From Chitinophagales bacterium (GTDB lineage: Bacteria > Bacteroidota > Bacteroidia > Chitinophagales > JABDMM01), in assembly GCA_013001465.1 (NCBI GenBank), contig JABDMM010000029.1, positions 11,385 through 75,384 of the forward strand: a stretch of 64,000 nucleotides of DNA. Reading direction: 5' to 3'. A model generated the notes under the pieces. That model was not told where the DNA came from. It was given only the letters and a program-made list of their open reading frames with translations, and made no database searches. The translations under genes were made by a program, and so were the position numbers. Below, one piece after another: positions 18,707 to 27,440 of the stretch; the stretch's first letter is position 1; every line of letters starts with the position of its first letter.

Positions 18707-20576
18707 TGCAATTGCCTTGCAGATTTATGATCTGAGCGATACCGAGAACTGAGACTTTAGCCTTGTCACCACTAAAGGGCTCGGCGCTGTCAAACTTGAA
18801 AGGGATAATTAATTTTCCGCTCCTATCAATATAGCCCCATAAGCCATCTTTTGATACTGCTGCTGTGTTTTGGCTGAAGGACTTAACATAATCGTACTCA
18901 ATTTCTCCCAGAACATTGCCGGCTGTTGAAATAAAGCCCCACTTACCATTTAACCTTACAGCAGCTAGTCCATCAGTAAAATTAGTGACGAAATCATATG
19001 ATGCAGGTATTTGTTCTTTCCCATCCGAATTGATGAATCCCCACTTATTTTCTTTTTTAACCATAGCAAGTCCGCCATCGAACTGACCAATATATTGATA
19101 TCTTGGAGGCATCGTTATGTTTCCTTTACCATCCTTTAAGCCTATCTTACCGTTAGCCGCTGTAAATTGTATTCTTTTATCATCTCTAACCTCAATAGGA
19201 GTTTCCGGCGGAATCTTTATACTCTCATTTGGTTTTGGGTTTTTTTTCTCAGCAACCTCGCCTGTAACCATATCCGTTAACTGGCTTGTAGTTTCGTTGG
19301 AAACTTCAGAATTGGAAGCAGGTTGTGGACTTTGAGAAGCGATCACTTCCAGATCTCCTGCGTCTTTCGTTGCCTCTGCTTTCGAATTCTTATGATTAAT
19401 TACCGATATACTGAAGAAGGTGATCGCAAACAAGCCAATCACAATCCAAAGAACTGACCATGTCCAGTTAAGTGCGGTGTCTGTGCTGTCTGATGACTTT
19501 TCTCTCCAACTCTCTTTTCTCGATGACGGCTGCACTGCCGAGTTTATTTTTTCGATCAAGTCATTCTCTTCATCTAACTGACTCAATTGAACTTCTTGTT
19601 CATCTTCGACAAAAATACTTTCTACCAATTCATTATTGTCGAACTCTGTTTTTGGAGTTTCATTAATTGGCTCAGCCCTAGGTTTGGTATCACTCAAGAT
19701 CACATTACTCGTTTCCTCGGAGACTAAATTTTGCTCTATAAATTGAGATGGAACTTCTGCATTGCCTAAAAGGATATCATATGCATCCTTAACTGACTTA
19801 AGCCTGTTTTGAGGATCCACCTGCAGGCATTGGTCTATGAGGTATCTCACTTTTGGAGACAAATCGGCCGCTATCTGACCATGTAATCCAGAAAGTATGT
19901 TATTCTTTAGCTTTTCAGCGCCTAAAGAATTTACAGAGCCAAATGGCGGTTGGCCCATTATCATCTCAAACAGGATCGCTCCAAATGACCAAATGTCTCC
20001 TGAAACAGACCCCTGCTGTCTTCTAAAGTATTCAGGTGGCAAGTATTCTATAGGATCAGAAGAAAAAACCGGCAATGCAAAACCCTTCAATTTAATTTTA
20101 ATATTGCCTTCCTCGTGTTTGATCAAAATATTTTGAGGCTGTAGGTTACCATGAAACAGCTGATTTGAATGGAGGTAATCCAAGCCTTTTAAAACCTGAA
20201 CTAAAATCTCTTTTTTTAGATCGTTAGACGGGAGAGTTCTTAAATAAACTTCTAGAGTAGATGCACCCTCGAAAAGCTGCTGAACAACTATACAGCATGA
20301 ATCGGAGTCCAGTCCCAGATGGTCGGGTGGTTCTATCTGAAAAGAGCTTTTATACTCAAGTATGTTTGGATGAGCAAGCCAGGTCAGATTCTTAACAGCC
20401 TTCTGAATCTCCTCACCTGCTGTATCGCTTTCCTTGATGAGATCTACAAAAACTTCTCTGTCTGTGACATTATCCCGACCTATAAAAGTAAGTCTGGCAT
20501 CAGATTCGAAAAACTTTCTTTCAAAATTAATGGTCAGAAAAGACTGAGATGAAATGTTTAAATCGGTTGTTGACAT
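18690..20576 (-). CDS. Membrane Ser/Thr protein-kinase homologue (predicted pseudokinase) with C-terminal WG/KWG repeats
   Basis: 628 aa. Kinase-fold motifs are present (HPNILEY, LKGLDYLHS, DIWSFGAILFEMIMGQPPF, DPQNRL), but the HRD position reads HGN and the DFG position reads KGF. One TM helix (VLWIVIGLFAITFFSISVI), then repeats of the form W/KWGFI(N/S)..G....P..YD. Confidence 0.8.
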   Translation of the reverse strand: MSTTDLNISSQSFLTINFERKFFESDARLTFIGRDNVTDREVFVDLIKESDTAGEEIQKAVKNLTWLAHPNILEYKSSFQIEPPDHLGLDSDSCCIVVQQLFEGASTLEVYLRTLPSNDLKKEILVQVLKGLDYLHSNQLFHGNLQPQNILIKHEEGNIKIKLKGFALPVFSSDPIEYLPPEYFRRQQGSVSGDIWSFGAILFEMIMGQPPFGSVNSLGAEKLKNNILSGLHGQIAADLSPKVRYLIDQCLQVDPQNRLKSVKDAYDILLGNAEVPSQFIEQNLVSEETSNVILSDTKPRAEPINETPKTEFDNNELVESIFVEDEQEVQLSQLDEENDLIEKINSAVQPSSRKESWREKSSDSTDTALNWTWSVLWIVIGLFAITFFSISVINHKNSKAEATKDAGDLEVIASQSPQPASNSEVSNETTSQLTDMVTGEVAEKKNPKPNESIKIPPETPIEVRDDKRIQFTAANGKIGLKDGKGNITMPPRYQYIGQFDGGLAMVKKENKWGFINSDGKEQIPASYDFVTNFTDGLAAVRLNGKWGFISTAGNVLGEIEYDYVKSFSQNTAAVSKDGLWGYIDRSGKLIIPFKFDSAEPFSGDKAKVSVLGIAQIINLQGNCIEGCQ

Positions 20577-20588
20577 AATTATACAACG

Positions 20589-20596
20589 GCAAAGGT
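20589..20596 (-). promoter_or_regulatory. -7 box TACCTTTG upstream of the kinase-like gene
   Basis: Exact TAnnTTTG on the minus strand, but only 12 nt from the ATG at 20576. This implies a very short leader. Confidence 0.3.
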
Positions 20597-20649
20597 AATG
20601 ACAACTTGTGTGAAGAAAGAATGTTATTGTTAACAGTTATAACAAAGCC

Positions 20650-20674
20650 AGAAGGATCCCGGGAGGATCCTTCT
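20650..20674 (-). terminator. Perfect 10-bp GC-rich hairpin, candidate terminator of the 487-aa gene
   Basis: agaaggatcc-cggga-ggatccttct. On the minus strand it is followed by GGCTTTGTT. It lies 285 nt downstream of the stop at 20960 and upstream of the kinase promoter box. Confidence 0.4.
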
Positions 20675-20959
20675 AAACTTTTAAGCTTTGAATGTTTTTC
20701 AGAAACCCTTATTGATCTGAATTACCAAACCCTTTTAACCAATAAAAATCCAATCCATGAAAAACCTATACTTAAAAGCAGGCTTTGAAAACCAATCATC
20801 ATTATGAAAAGAACAATGCTAAGGTCTTAACTATTTTACCTAAATGAAAGGACAATTTAATCACGAATTGAAGTTATAAATACACCCACTTGTTTACCAA
20901 ATGATTGATATGTAGTGTTTTGTGGATTTTTTAACTGGTGTTAATTGAATTTTATGTTT

Positions 20960-22423
20960 TCAGTATGCAACACGGTGTTGTTTTTGCGCTTTCTCATCGA
21001 CCCATTTGTCAAACCTGATAATCTCCCATTCCAACGGATCCCAGAAAAAATTACCCTTACCATTTGAAAGCTTTGCAAGAGATTCTGAGTCTTTATTCGT
21101 CAATAAATGAAAATCAAAGGCATGTTTTTTAATACTCTTAAGAAGGTTGAAAATCGTAGACAATCGGTCTTCTTTTTTTTGAAATGCAGTGTAGAACTGC
21201 TTTCTAAATGCATTTAACTTGAACTCAAAGATGTCGTAGTTGCCTTCCTCTATTTGGCACATCATATCTAAGATCCTGTTATGGATATACCACGTTGTGT
21301 TCTTCTTTTTCAAATCTGAACTTTTATTTAAAATGAAAATAGCGTCTTGAAACCTTCCTTTTTTGAATTCCAGAATCGCTTTATGGTAGTCATAGACATC
21401 CTTGTTTTCATCCCTCAATTTATATGCGTTATGCTTCTTGAATTTTTCAAGATACTTTTCCGCATTTGGAAGATCGCCTTGCAGAAAGTAAATTTGAAGT
21501 ATGAGTTCCAGCACTTTCCACTCATTGTATGTTCCTTTCCTGAATAAAGCAAGGGCATTTTCAGCATGTAATAAAGCTCTTTTTTTCTTTTCTGCTATCA
21601 AATAGAAATAAGAAAGTTTCATTTGAATCCCAGCAAGGTGAGTCTTGGCAAAACTCGTTGGTGATTCTTCCATAAATTCCCTGAATTTCTCCGCAACTTT
21701 CCTGGCGCTTTCAAATTTATGCTTTCGCTCAAAATAGCTGATAGCACCGATAAAGTAGTTTTCAGATATCCTTGCAGATCCACTGTTTTTATGTAGCTTC
21801 TTCAGCTCTTTATAGAACTCCTCAGGTGAGCCATGATCGGATTGGTTTGTATCATAAGTAAAGTGAAGGCTAAGCTCATCTTTTAATCTTTGGGACTCGA
21901 TAAACAAATCTACTTGTTTATTCGTGTTCTTAAGCTCCTGGTAAACTTCTTCAAATCTGCTTCGCTTTGAAACATAGGCAGATTTTGCAAAAAGGATCTG
22001 AAGGATCAATAGTTTTTCCTCATACAATTCAAACTTATCACAAAGCTGGATAGACTCTTTAACCATATCCTCATAAGCTTCAAATGCGTTTCTTGTAACC
22101 AGATGATTTATAACCTGTATCATCCTACGGACATAAATCTTACTCACATTCTTGGGAAGGGTAGCTTGTGACTCATGGTCAACCATGTAAAATACTTTCC
22201 CCAGATCTTGAATCAATTTTCTCTTTAAGTGACTATAGGATGAGCTTGAATTTTTCTGATATAAAGCATGGCAAGCTTCCCTGTCAGTTAATGTTGGGTT
22301 CTGAAGAATTAGTTTTAAAAGCTCTTTGCGCTTCGTTTTTTGGGAAGATCCTTCATATAACTTATGAGCCATTTCCAGCTCTGCTGGTTTCATACATTTT
22401 ATTATACTTCTAATCCGATCCAT
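20960..22423 (-). CDS. Hypothetical helical-repeat (TPR-like) protein
   Basis: 487 aa, predicted all-alpha and repeat-like. No catalytic motif recognised. Confidence 0.45.
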   Translation of the reverse strand: MDRIRSIIKCMKPAELEMAHKLYEGSSQKTKRKELLKLILQNPTLTDREACHALYQKNSSSSYSHLKRKLIQDLGKVFYMVDHESQATLPKNVSKIYVRRMIQVINHLVTRNAFEAYEDMVKESIQLCDKFELYEEKLLILQILFAKSAYVSKRSRFEEVYQELKNTNKQVDLFIESQRLKDELSLHFTYDTNQSDHGSPEEFYKELKKLHKNSGSARISENYFIGAISYFERKHKFESARKVAEKFREFMEESPTSFAKTHLAGIQMKLSYFYLIAEKKKRALLHAENALALFRKGTYNEWKVLELILQIYFLQGDLPNAEKYLEKFKKHNAYKLRDENKDVYDYHKAILEFKKGRFQDAIFILNKSSDLKKKNTTWYIHNRILDMMCQIEEGNYDIFEFKLNAFRKQFYTAFQKKEDRLSTIFNLLKSIKKHAFDFHLLTNKDSESLAKLSNGKGNFFWDPLEWEIIRFDKWVDEKAQKQHRVAY

Positions 22424-22488
22424 ATCATATTATTCTAAATATAATCAATCTTTTTAGCAAACTTTTTATATAAAAATTAGTATATTTA

Positions 22489-22701
22489 ATGCTACGTAAA
22501 GGATTACCAATTAATAATAAACCCGTGGAATTACTTTTAGCTTTATTATTATTTCTAAGTGATGGATCGGATGATGGCCCAAATCGACCACAGTCAGACA
22601 AGTCTGTAAATCAAAAAGATCTTGTGGAAGAAGAAGTGAAAATCGATCTTTCCTGGGATGTCGATGATGAAGAAAAACCTAATATTAAAAAGTTCTTATA
22701 A
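22489..22701 (+). CDS. Possible small secreted acidic protein (doubtful)
   Basis: 70 aa. A hydrophobic segment, VELLLALLLFLS, then a D/E-rich tail. It has no homology signal, so it may be non-coding. Confidence 0.25.
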   Translation: MLRKGLPINNKPVELLLALLLFLSDGSDDGPNRPQSDKSVNQKDLVEEEVKIDLSWDVDDEEKPNIKKFL

Positions 22702-22737
22702 CTTATTCCCTCTTTGCCTCTTACCTTTCAAATAAAG

Positions 22738-22762
22738 CCGGTGAAACACTTTGTTCCACCGG
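22738..22762 (-). terminator. Candidate terminator hairpin after mscL
   Basis: A 6-bp stem (ccggtg/caccgg) with a 13-nt loop. On the minus strand it is followed by CTTTATTTG. Confidence 0.35.
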
Positions 22763-22779
22763 GCATTACTTGTTGCAGT

Positions 22780-23205
22780 TTAATTGCGAGCTCTTAATGC
22801 ATCTCTGATCTCAGTAAGCAAAACTTCTTCTTTACTAGGTTCAGGTGGAGCCTCTGGTGCAGCCTCTTCCTTCTTCTTAGAATTTTCATACGCTTTGATC
22901 ACCATGAAAATGACGAACGCAACAATAAGAAAATCCACAATCGTTTGAATGAAACTTCCATAGGCGATTGCAGCTGCTCCAGCTTCTCTGGCAGCATCAA
23001 GTGTGTCGTATTTCATTCCGTCCAAAGCATAATGTAGTTGTCCAAAGTCCATACCACCCATAAATTTGCCAATTGGAGGCATCAAAACATCTTTTACAAA
23101 CGAGCTAATGATCTTTCCAAATGCTGCTCCTATGATTACAGCTACAGCAAGATCTAAAACATTGCCTCGCATGGCAAAATCCTTAAAATCTTTAACTAAT
23201 CCCAT
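22780..23205 (-). CDS. mscL: Large-conductance mechanosensitive channel
   Basis: 141 aa. FKDFAMRGNVLDLAVAVIIGAAFGKIISSFVKDVLMPPIG is the canonical MscL N-terminus. Confidence 0.9.
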   Translation of the reverse strand: MGLVKDFKDFAMRGNVLDLAVAVIIGAAFGKIISSFVKDVLMPPIGKFMGGMDFGQLHYALDGMKYDTLDAAREAGAAAIAYGSFIQTIVDFLIVAFVIFMVIKAYENSKKKEEAAPEAPPEPSKEEVLLTEIRDALRARN

Positions 23206-23351
23206 AATTGTTTAATTTGGTTATTGAATTTGCTTTAATAAACTTATCGCAAATCTATTGCATAAGAAATCGCATCAATGGTTGATTTTATGCACATTTT
23301 TATTCGTTGGTTTAATAAGACTCACCTCATTTGAAGAATTTGAATAATACA

Positions 23352-24689
23352 ATGTTCGCTATAGTTGACGTCGAAACGACAGGTGGTTCTCCAAGTTTTG
23401 ATCGAATTACAGAAGTCGCTGTGCTTGTGCATAATGGCAAAAGAATTATCGAATCTTTTTCCTCTTTGATAAATCCTCAGCAGGAGATTGACCCGTTTGT
23501 TATGGCCCTAACCGGAATAAGTAACGAAATGGTAGAAGATGCACCTTTGTTTGAAGATGTGTACCCGGTTTTCGAAGAGCTTACCCGAGACAAAATCCTT
23601 GTTGCACATAATGTTCGTTTCGATTATGGAATGATCCGCCGTGAATATAAACGTATGGATCGCAGATTTCAGAGAAAACATTTATGCACTGTTAAGTTAG
23701 CTAGAAAAATTTTCCCCGGTTTGCGTTCATACAGCCTTGGAACTTTATGTAAAAACCTTGAAATTCCAATAATGAACAGGCATCGCGCTTATGGAGATGC
23801 TGAAGCAACAACAGTGCTTTTTGAAAAACTCCTGTTCAATGATCGCAAAGAACTGATCTATTCAGAATTGGAAAACGAGTTAAGCGAACAACTCCTCCCG
23901 CCAAATTTAAGTAAGCATGTCATAGATGACCTACCTGAAGATACTGGTGTCTACTATTTCCTTAACCAACAAAATAAAATTCTATATATCGGAAAGAGCT
24001 TGAACATCAGACAACGCATCATTAGTCACTTCTCTAATGACCTCAAGAAGGCCAGATATGCTGAACTGAAGAAAAATATCTACTCTGTCAATTACGAATT
24101 AGCTGGTAATGATCTTATCGCCCAACTTATAGAGTCAGCGGAAATTAAAAAATATATGCCTCCCTTCAACAGAGCGCTTCGCAGAAAAAAATACCGCTAT
24201 GGGATTTATGTGAAAGAAGATCAGCTTGGACTGAAAAAATTTGAGATAGGCCCAATGAGGCTGGAAGAAAAACCTTTGATATTATGCACTACAAAAAGAT
24301 CCGCTGAGCTTACGCATGAAAGACTGGAGAAAAAACACCAATTGAAAATCTTTAAACAACTTATGAGCCTCTCTTATAAAAATGAAGAACGAAGCATTAA
24401 GGTGAGGAAAATATATGAAGAAAGAATGAAACGTGCGATCGAAGATCAGGAATACCCCCATGAAAACTTCTTCATTGTTGGTGAAGGCTTACGCTCCTCT
24501 GAAAGATCTATTGTTTGCATTGAACAATCCGAGTATAAAGGCTTTGGATATATCGATAACGGGATCCAAACTAATCGCCCAGATGAATTGAAAGAATTTA
24601 TTCAGTTTGGGTTCGACACACCCGATGTAAAGAGAATTATTAAACGATGGATCAAAAAAAATCGATCCACTTCAATAATTAAATACTAG
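23352..24689 (+). CDS. DnaQ-like 3'-5' exonuclease fused to a GIY-YIG nuclease domain
   Basis: Exo I motif FAIVDVETTG, Exo III motif HRAYGDA, then GIY-YIG (GVYYFLNQQNKILYIGKSLNIRQR). ATG at 23352 is preferred to the TTG at 23331 in the track. Confidence 0.85.
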   Translation: MFAIVDVETTGGSPSFDRITEVAVLVHNGKRIIESFSSLINPQQEIDPFVMALTGISNEMVEDAPLFEDVYPVFEELTRDKILVAHNVRFDYGMIRREYKRMDRRFQRKHLCTVKLARKIFPGLRSYSLGTLCKNLEIPIMNRHRAYGDAEATTVLFEKLLFNDRKELIYSELENELSEQLLPPNLSKHVIDDLPEDTGVYYFLNQQNKILYIGKSLNIRQRIISHFSNDLKKARYAELKKNIYSVNYELAGNDLIAQLIESAEIKKYMPPFNRALRRKKYRYGIYVKEDQLGLKKFEIGPMRLEEKPLILCTTKRSAELTHERLEKKHQLKIFKQLMSLSYKNEERSIKVRKIYEERMKRAIEDQEYPHENFFIVGEGLRSSERSIVCIEQSEYKGFGYIDNGIQTNRPDELKEFIQFGFDTPDVKRIIKRWIKKNRSTSIIKY

Positions 24690-25493
24690 TTAAGGCAGTG
24701 TGTTCTTAAATGCTGTGTACTCCGTATCCTCTTGTTGTTGAGTTATCGTCGCTGTACAACCTGCATCCATAGATTGTTCAATGATATTCTCAACCCTGTT
24801 ATCCGGGTTAGGGTGTGTACTTAAAAACTGTGGAGGAGATGAAGAGCCATCATCTATGATTTTCTGGAAAAAATCTGCCGCCCCGCTTGATCTATATTTA
24901 GTTGGACATAGATAAACGACAGATTGATTATCAGCATCGGTTTCGTTATTTCTCGAAAATTTCAAGAATACAAGATCCGATGCTATCTGTGCTAATAATG
25001 ATTCATTACTACCCGAGATCACTTCAAGTAAAAGTGATACTGAGTATACTTTCGTAAGTTGATTTGTAGAATGGCGCTCATCTGCATGTGCCATTTCATG
25101 TCCTAAAACCCCTGCTAAGCTTGAAGCGTTGTCGAGATACCTGATCAATCCTGTATAGAAATACAAATATCCACCTGGTGTGGCAAAAGCGTTCAAAGTA
25201 TTGTCATCATTGATAATAGCGACCTTCCAGACAAATTCATCTTTATACTTTATCTGACCCGAATTTAAAATTTCTTGCTTCATGCTATTCAGATAATTGT
25301 ATGCATCTGCATACTGAACTTCATCGAGAATAGGATAAGTGGTAGGATCTGATCTGATCTCCTGATCAACTTTTGCACCAAGATCAATATCGTCCTGTAT
25401 CGAAAACACGTTAAATCCATCACTGCAGCCGAAAAGAGAAACTGCCAGTAGTGTAATTCCAACTAACCCATTTTTATAATTTATCACTTTCAT
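24690..25493 (-). CDS. M48-family metallopeptidase lipoprotein
   Basis: Lipobox LFGCSD and the zinc motif HEMAHADERH. Confidence 0.85.
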   Translation of the reverse strand: MKVINYKNGLVGITLLAVSLFGCSDGFNVFSIQDDIDLGAKVDQEIRSDPTTYPILDEVQYADAYNYLNSMKQEILNSGQIKYKDEFVWKVAIINDDNTLNAFATPGGYLYFYTGLIRYLDNASSLAGVLGHEMAHADERHSTNQLTKVYSVSLLLEVISGSNESLLAQIASDLVFLKFSRNNETDADNQSVVYLCPTKYRSSGAADFFQKIIDDGSSSPPQFLSTHPNPDNRVENIIEQSMDAGCTATITQQQEDTEYTAFKNTLP

Positions 25494-25567
25494 GTATTTA
25501 TTTTAATTATGAGACTGCAAGTATGTTGCCAAGGTTTTATTGGGTAGAGAAAAAGCAAAGTTACCTT

Positions 25568-26065
25568 TTAAAAAAGGCCCAACACAAAGAAAATTGTGAT
25601 AATCACTGAAACAATTACTTTTGAAAGTGTCCCGGCTAAAAAGCCAAGAAAAGTTCCAATGCCTGCACGGAGCGCGTCTTTTGAAGCCCTCCCGCTAACC
25701 ATTTCGCCAACAACAGCGCCAATAAACGGACCTGCAATGATACTAATTCCTCCTGTTGCTCCAGCGAAGATCAATCCGGCAATTATCCCAATGCTGCTTC
25801 CAACAATACCGGCCCTGGTACTCCCGGTTCTTTTTGCACCATAAATTGGTATCAGCATGTCGATGATCAGTATTCCAATTGCAAGTATCCCAAGCACAAT
25901 AAGGATACTTGGAGAATATCCTTCTCCATCGTTTGCATATCCTGTAAAGTGCAGTAATAATATTGCAGCAAAACTAAGAGGCGGACCCGGTATCACAGGA
26001 AGAAAGCATCCCACCAAACCAAGTATCAGCAGTAGGAATCCAATTATAATGATCAGTATTTCCAT
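25568..26065 (-). CDS. DUF456-family membrane protein
   Basis: 165 aa. Contains LLILGLVGCFLPVIPGPPLSF, typical of DUF456. Confidence 0.7.
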   Translation of the reverse strand: MEILIIIIGFLLLILGLVGCFLPVIPGPPLSFAAILLLHFTGYANDGEGYSPSILIVLGILAIGILIIDMLIPIYGAKRTGSTRAGIVGSSIGIIAGLIFAGATGGISIIAGPFIGAVVGEMVSGRASKDALRAGIGTFLGFLAGTLSKVIVSVIITIFFVLGLF

Positions 26066-26128
26066 GTTTATAAATATTAAATTCTAACTTCGAAATTACT
26101 GTAAACGAAGTGGAAAAGTATACCGTAG

Positions 26129-26917
26129 ATGGGATTAAGGGTAACAATTATACAAACAGAATTAGCGTGGGAAAACACGGAAGCAAACCTTGATTTCTTC
26201 GAGACTAAGATTCAATCAGTTAAAGACTCCGATCTTATAGTTTTACCCGAAACTTTCACGACTGGATTTTCGATGAACGTTCAAGATCTCGCTGAAGAAA
26301 TGAGTGGAGAGACACTTCTCAGAATGAAGAAATGGTCCGAAGCTTCAGGAGCAGTCATTGTTGGGAGCTATATTGTTAGGGTAGTTCAACGATGTTATAA
26401 CCGGCTGATCTGGATGAATCCCGACGGTTCATATGAAACCTATGATAAAAGACATCTGTTTAGTCTAGGAAATGAACACCAACATTTTAAACAAGGCGAA
26501 AGCCGTTTGATCTGCTCTGTAAAGGGTTGGAAAGTTTGCCCGATGATCTGCTATGATCTTCGGTTTCCTGTTTGGTCAAGAAACAAGCTGGTCTCTGAAA
26601 GAGAAGCAGAGTACGATATACTTGTATATATTGCAAATTGGCCTTATAAAAGAATAAGTGCCTGGGATGCTTTACTAAAAGCTCGTGCAATCGAAAATCA
26701 AGCTTACGTTGTGGGGGTTAACCGAATTGGACTCGACGGTAATAATATAGACCATAAAGGACATTCTACAATTTTTGACCCAAATGGAGAGCAACTGTGT
26801 GATATGGAAGGAAGAGAGAGTGTTGTTACTCTTGAGCTAAATGGCGATCTTCTCGAAAAAACCAGAAGGTCATTACCCTTTCTAAAGGATTCCGATGAAT
26901 TTAAAATCTTACCCTGA
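26129..26917 (+). CDS. Carbon-nitrogen hydrolase (omega-amidase/YafV-like)
   Basis: 262 aa with the nitrilase-superfamily Glu (LPETF), Lys and Cys (PMICYDLRFP) motifs. Confidence 0.85.
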   Translation: MGLRVTIIQTELAWENTEANLDFFETKIQSVKDSDLIVLPETFTTGFSMNVQDLAEEMSGETLLRMKKWSEASGAVIVGSYIVRVVQRCYNRLIWMNPDGSYETYDKRHLFSLGNEHQHFKQGESRLICSVKGWKVCPMICYDLRFPVWSRNKLVSEREAEYDILVYIANWPYKRISAWDALLKARAIENQAYVVGVNRIGLDGNNIDHKGHSTIFDPNGEQLCDMEGRESVVTLELNGDLLEKTRRSLPFLKDSDEFKILP

Positions 26918-27022
26918 TCAAAAGCAACAATTTTATGTCTTGCTTGCCTTGATGCATTGATAGATTTCGGTGCTGCTCAAACATATTTAACTCCTTGTTA
27001 ACCGCAACATAAACATATATCA

Positions 27023-27038
27023 ATCGTATCTATACGAT
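27023..27038. promoter_or_regulatory. 7-2-7 inverted repeat, candidate ArsR-family operator
   Basis: atcgtat-ct-atacgat, ending 14 nt upstream of the arsR-family ATG at 27052. Confidence 0.4.
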
Positions 27039-27051
27039 AAATAGAATTGAT

Positions 27052-27372
27052 ATGAATCTGACAGTTGCGAAAAAGGAAATGTTTAACAAAGATGAGAATG
27101 AAATTGCCTCTATAGCCAAGGCCCTCGGTCATCCGGCAAGAATAGTTATTCTTAAGATCTTATCCGATAAAGGTGGTTGTTCTTGTGGAGAACTTGTAAG
27201 TGCATTACCCCTATCTCAATCAACTGTTAGCCAACATCTGCAAGAATTGAAAAATGCAGACCTTATTAATTGGATTGAAGATGGGCCAAAGGTTTGGTAC
27301 ACCGTGAATAGCCGAATGTGCGATATGGCGCTAAACAGATTCCATTATATGCTGAACCGCATTCGTGTTTAG
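27052..27372 (+). CDS. ArsR/SmtB-family transcriptional regulator
   Basis: 106 aa. Winged HTH: LGHPARIVILKIL...CSCGELVSALPLSQSTVSQHLQELKNADLI. Confidence 0.85.
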   Translation: MNLTVAKKEMFNKDENEIASIAKALGHPARIVILKILSDKGGCSCGELVSALPLSQSTVSQHLQELKNADLINWIEDGPKVWYTVNSRMCDMALNRFHYMLNRIRV

Positions 27373-27440
27373 CTCAAAATTCTATTTAATCACCTAAATT
27401 TATCTTTAAGGGCTTAAATTTGTCGCTCAACTCACAAGCG

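Noticed and set aside
20655-20670. GGATCCCGGGAGGATCC (BamHI-SmaI-BamHI), possible cloning-vector or polylinker contamination
   Set aside because: It is only 17 nt and forms part of a perfect native-looking hairpin. The flanks are typical AT-rich genomic sequence with no vector-like features.
20606-20788. 60-aa plus-strand ORF spanning the GC-rich hairpin
   Set aside because: It starts at TTG with no promoter box and runs through a perfect hairpin. It is most likely non-coding spacer.
25596-26087. Two plus-strand ORFs (82 and 76 aa, P/A/I-rich)
   Set aside because: They are antisense to the DUF456 membrane protein. The composition is the mirror image of G/A/I-rich TM codons.
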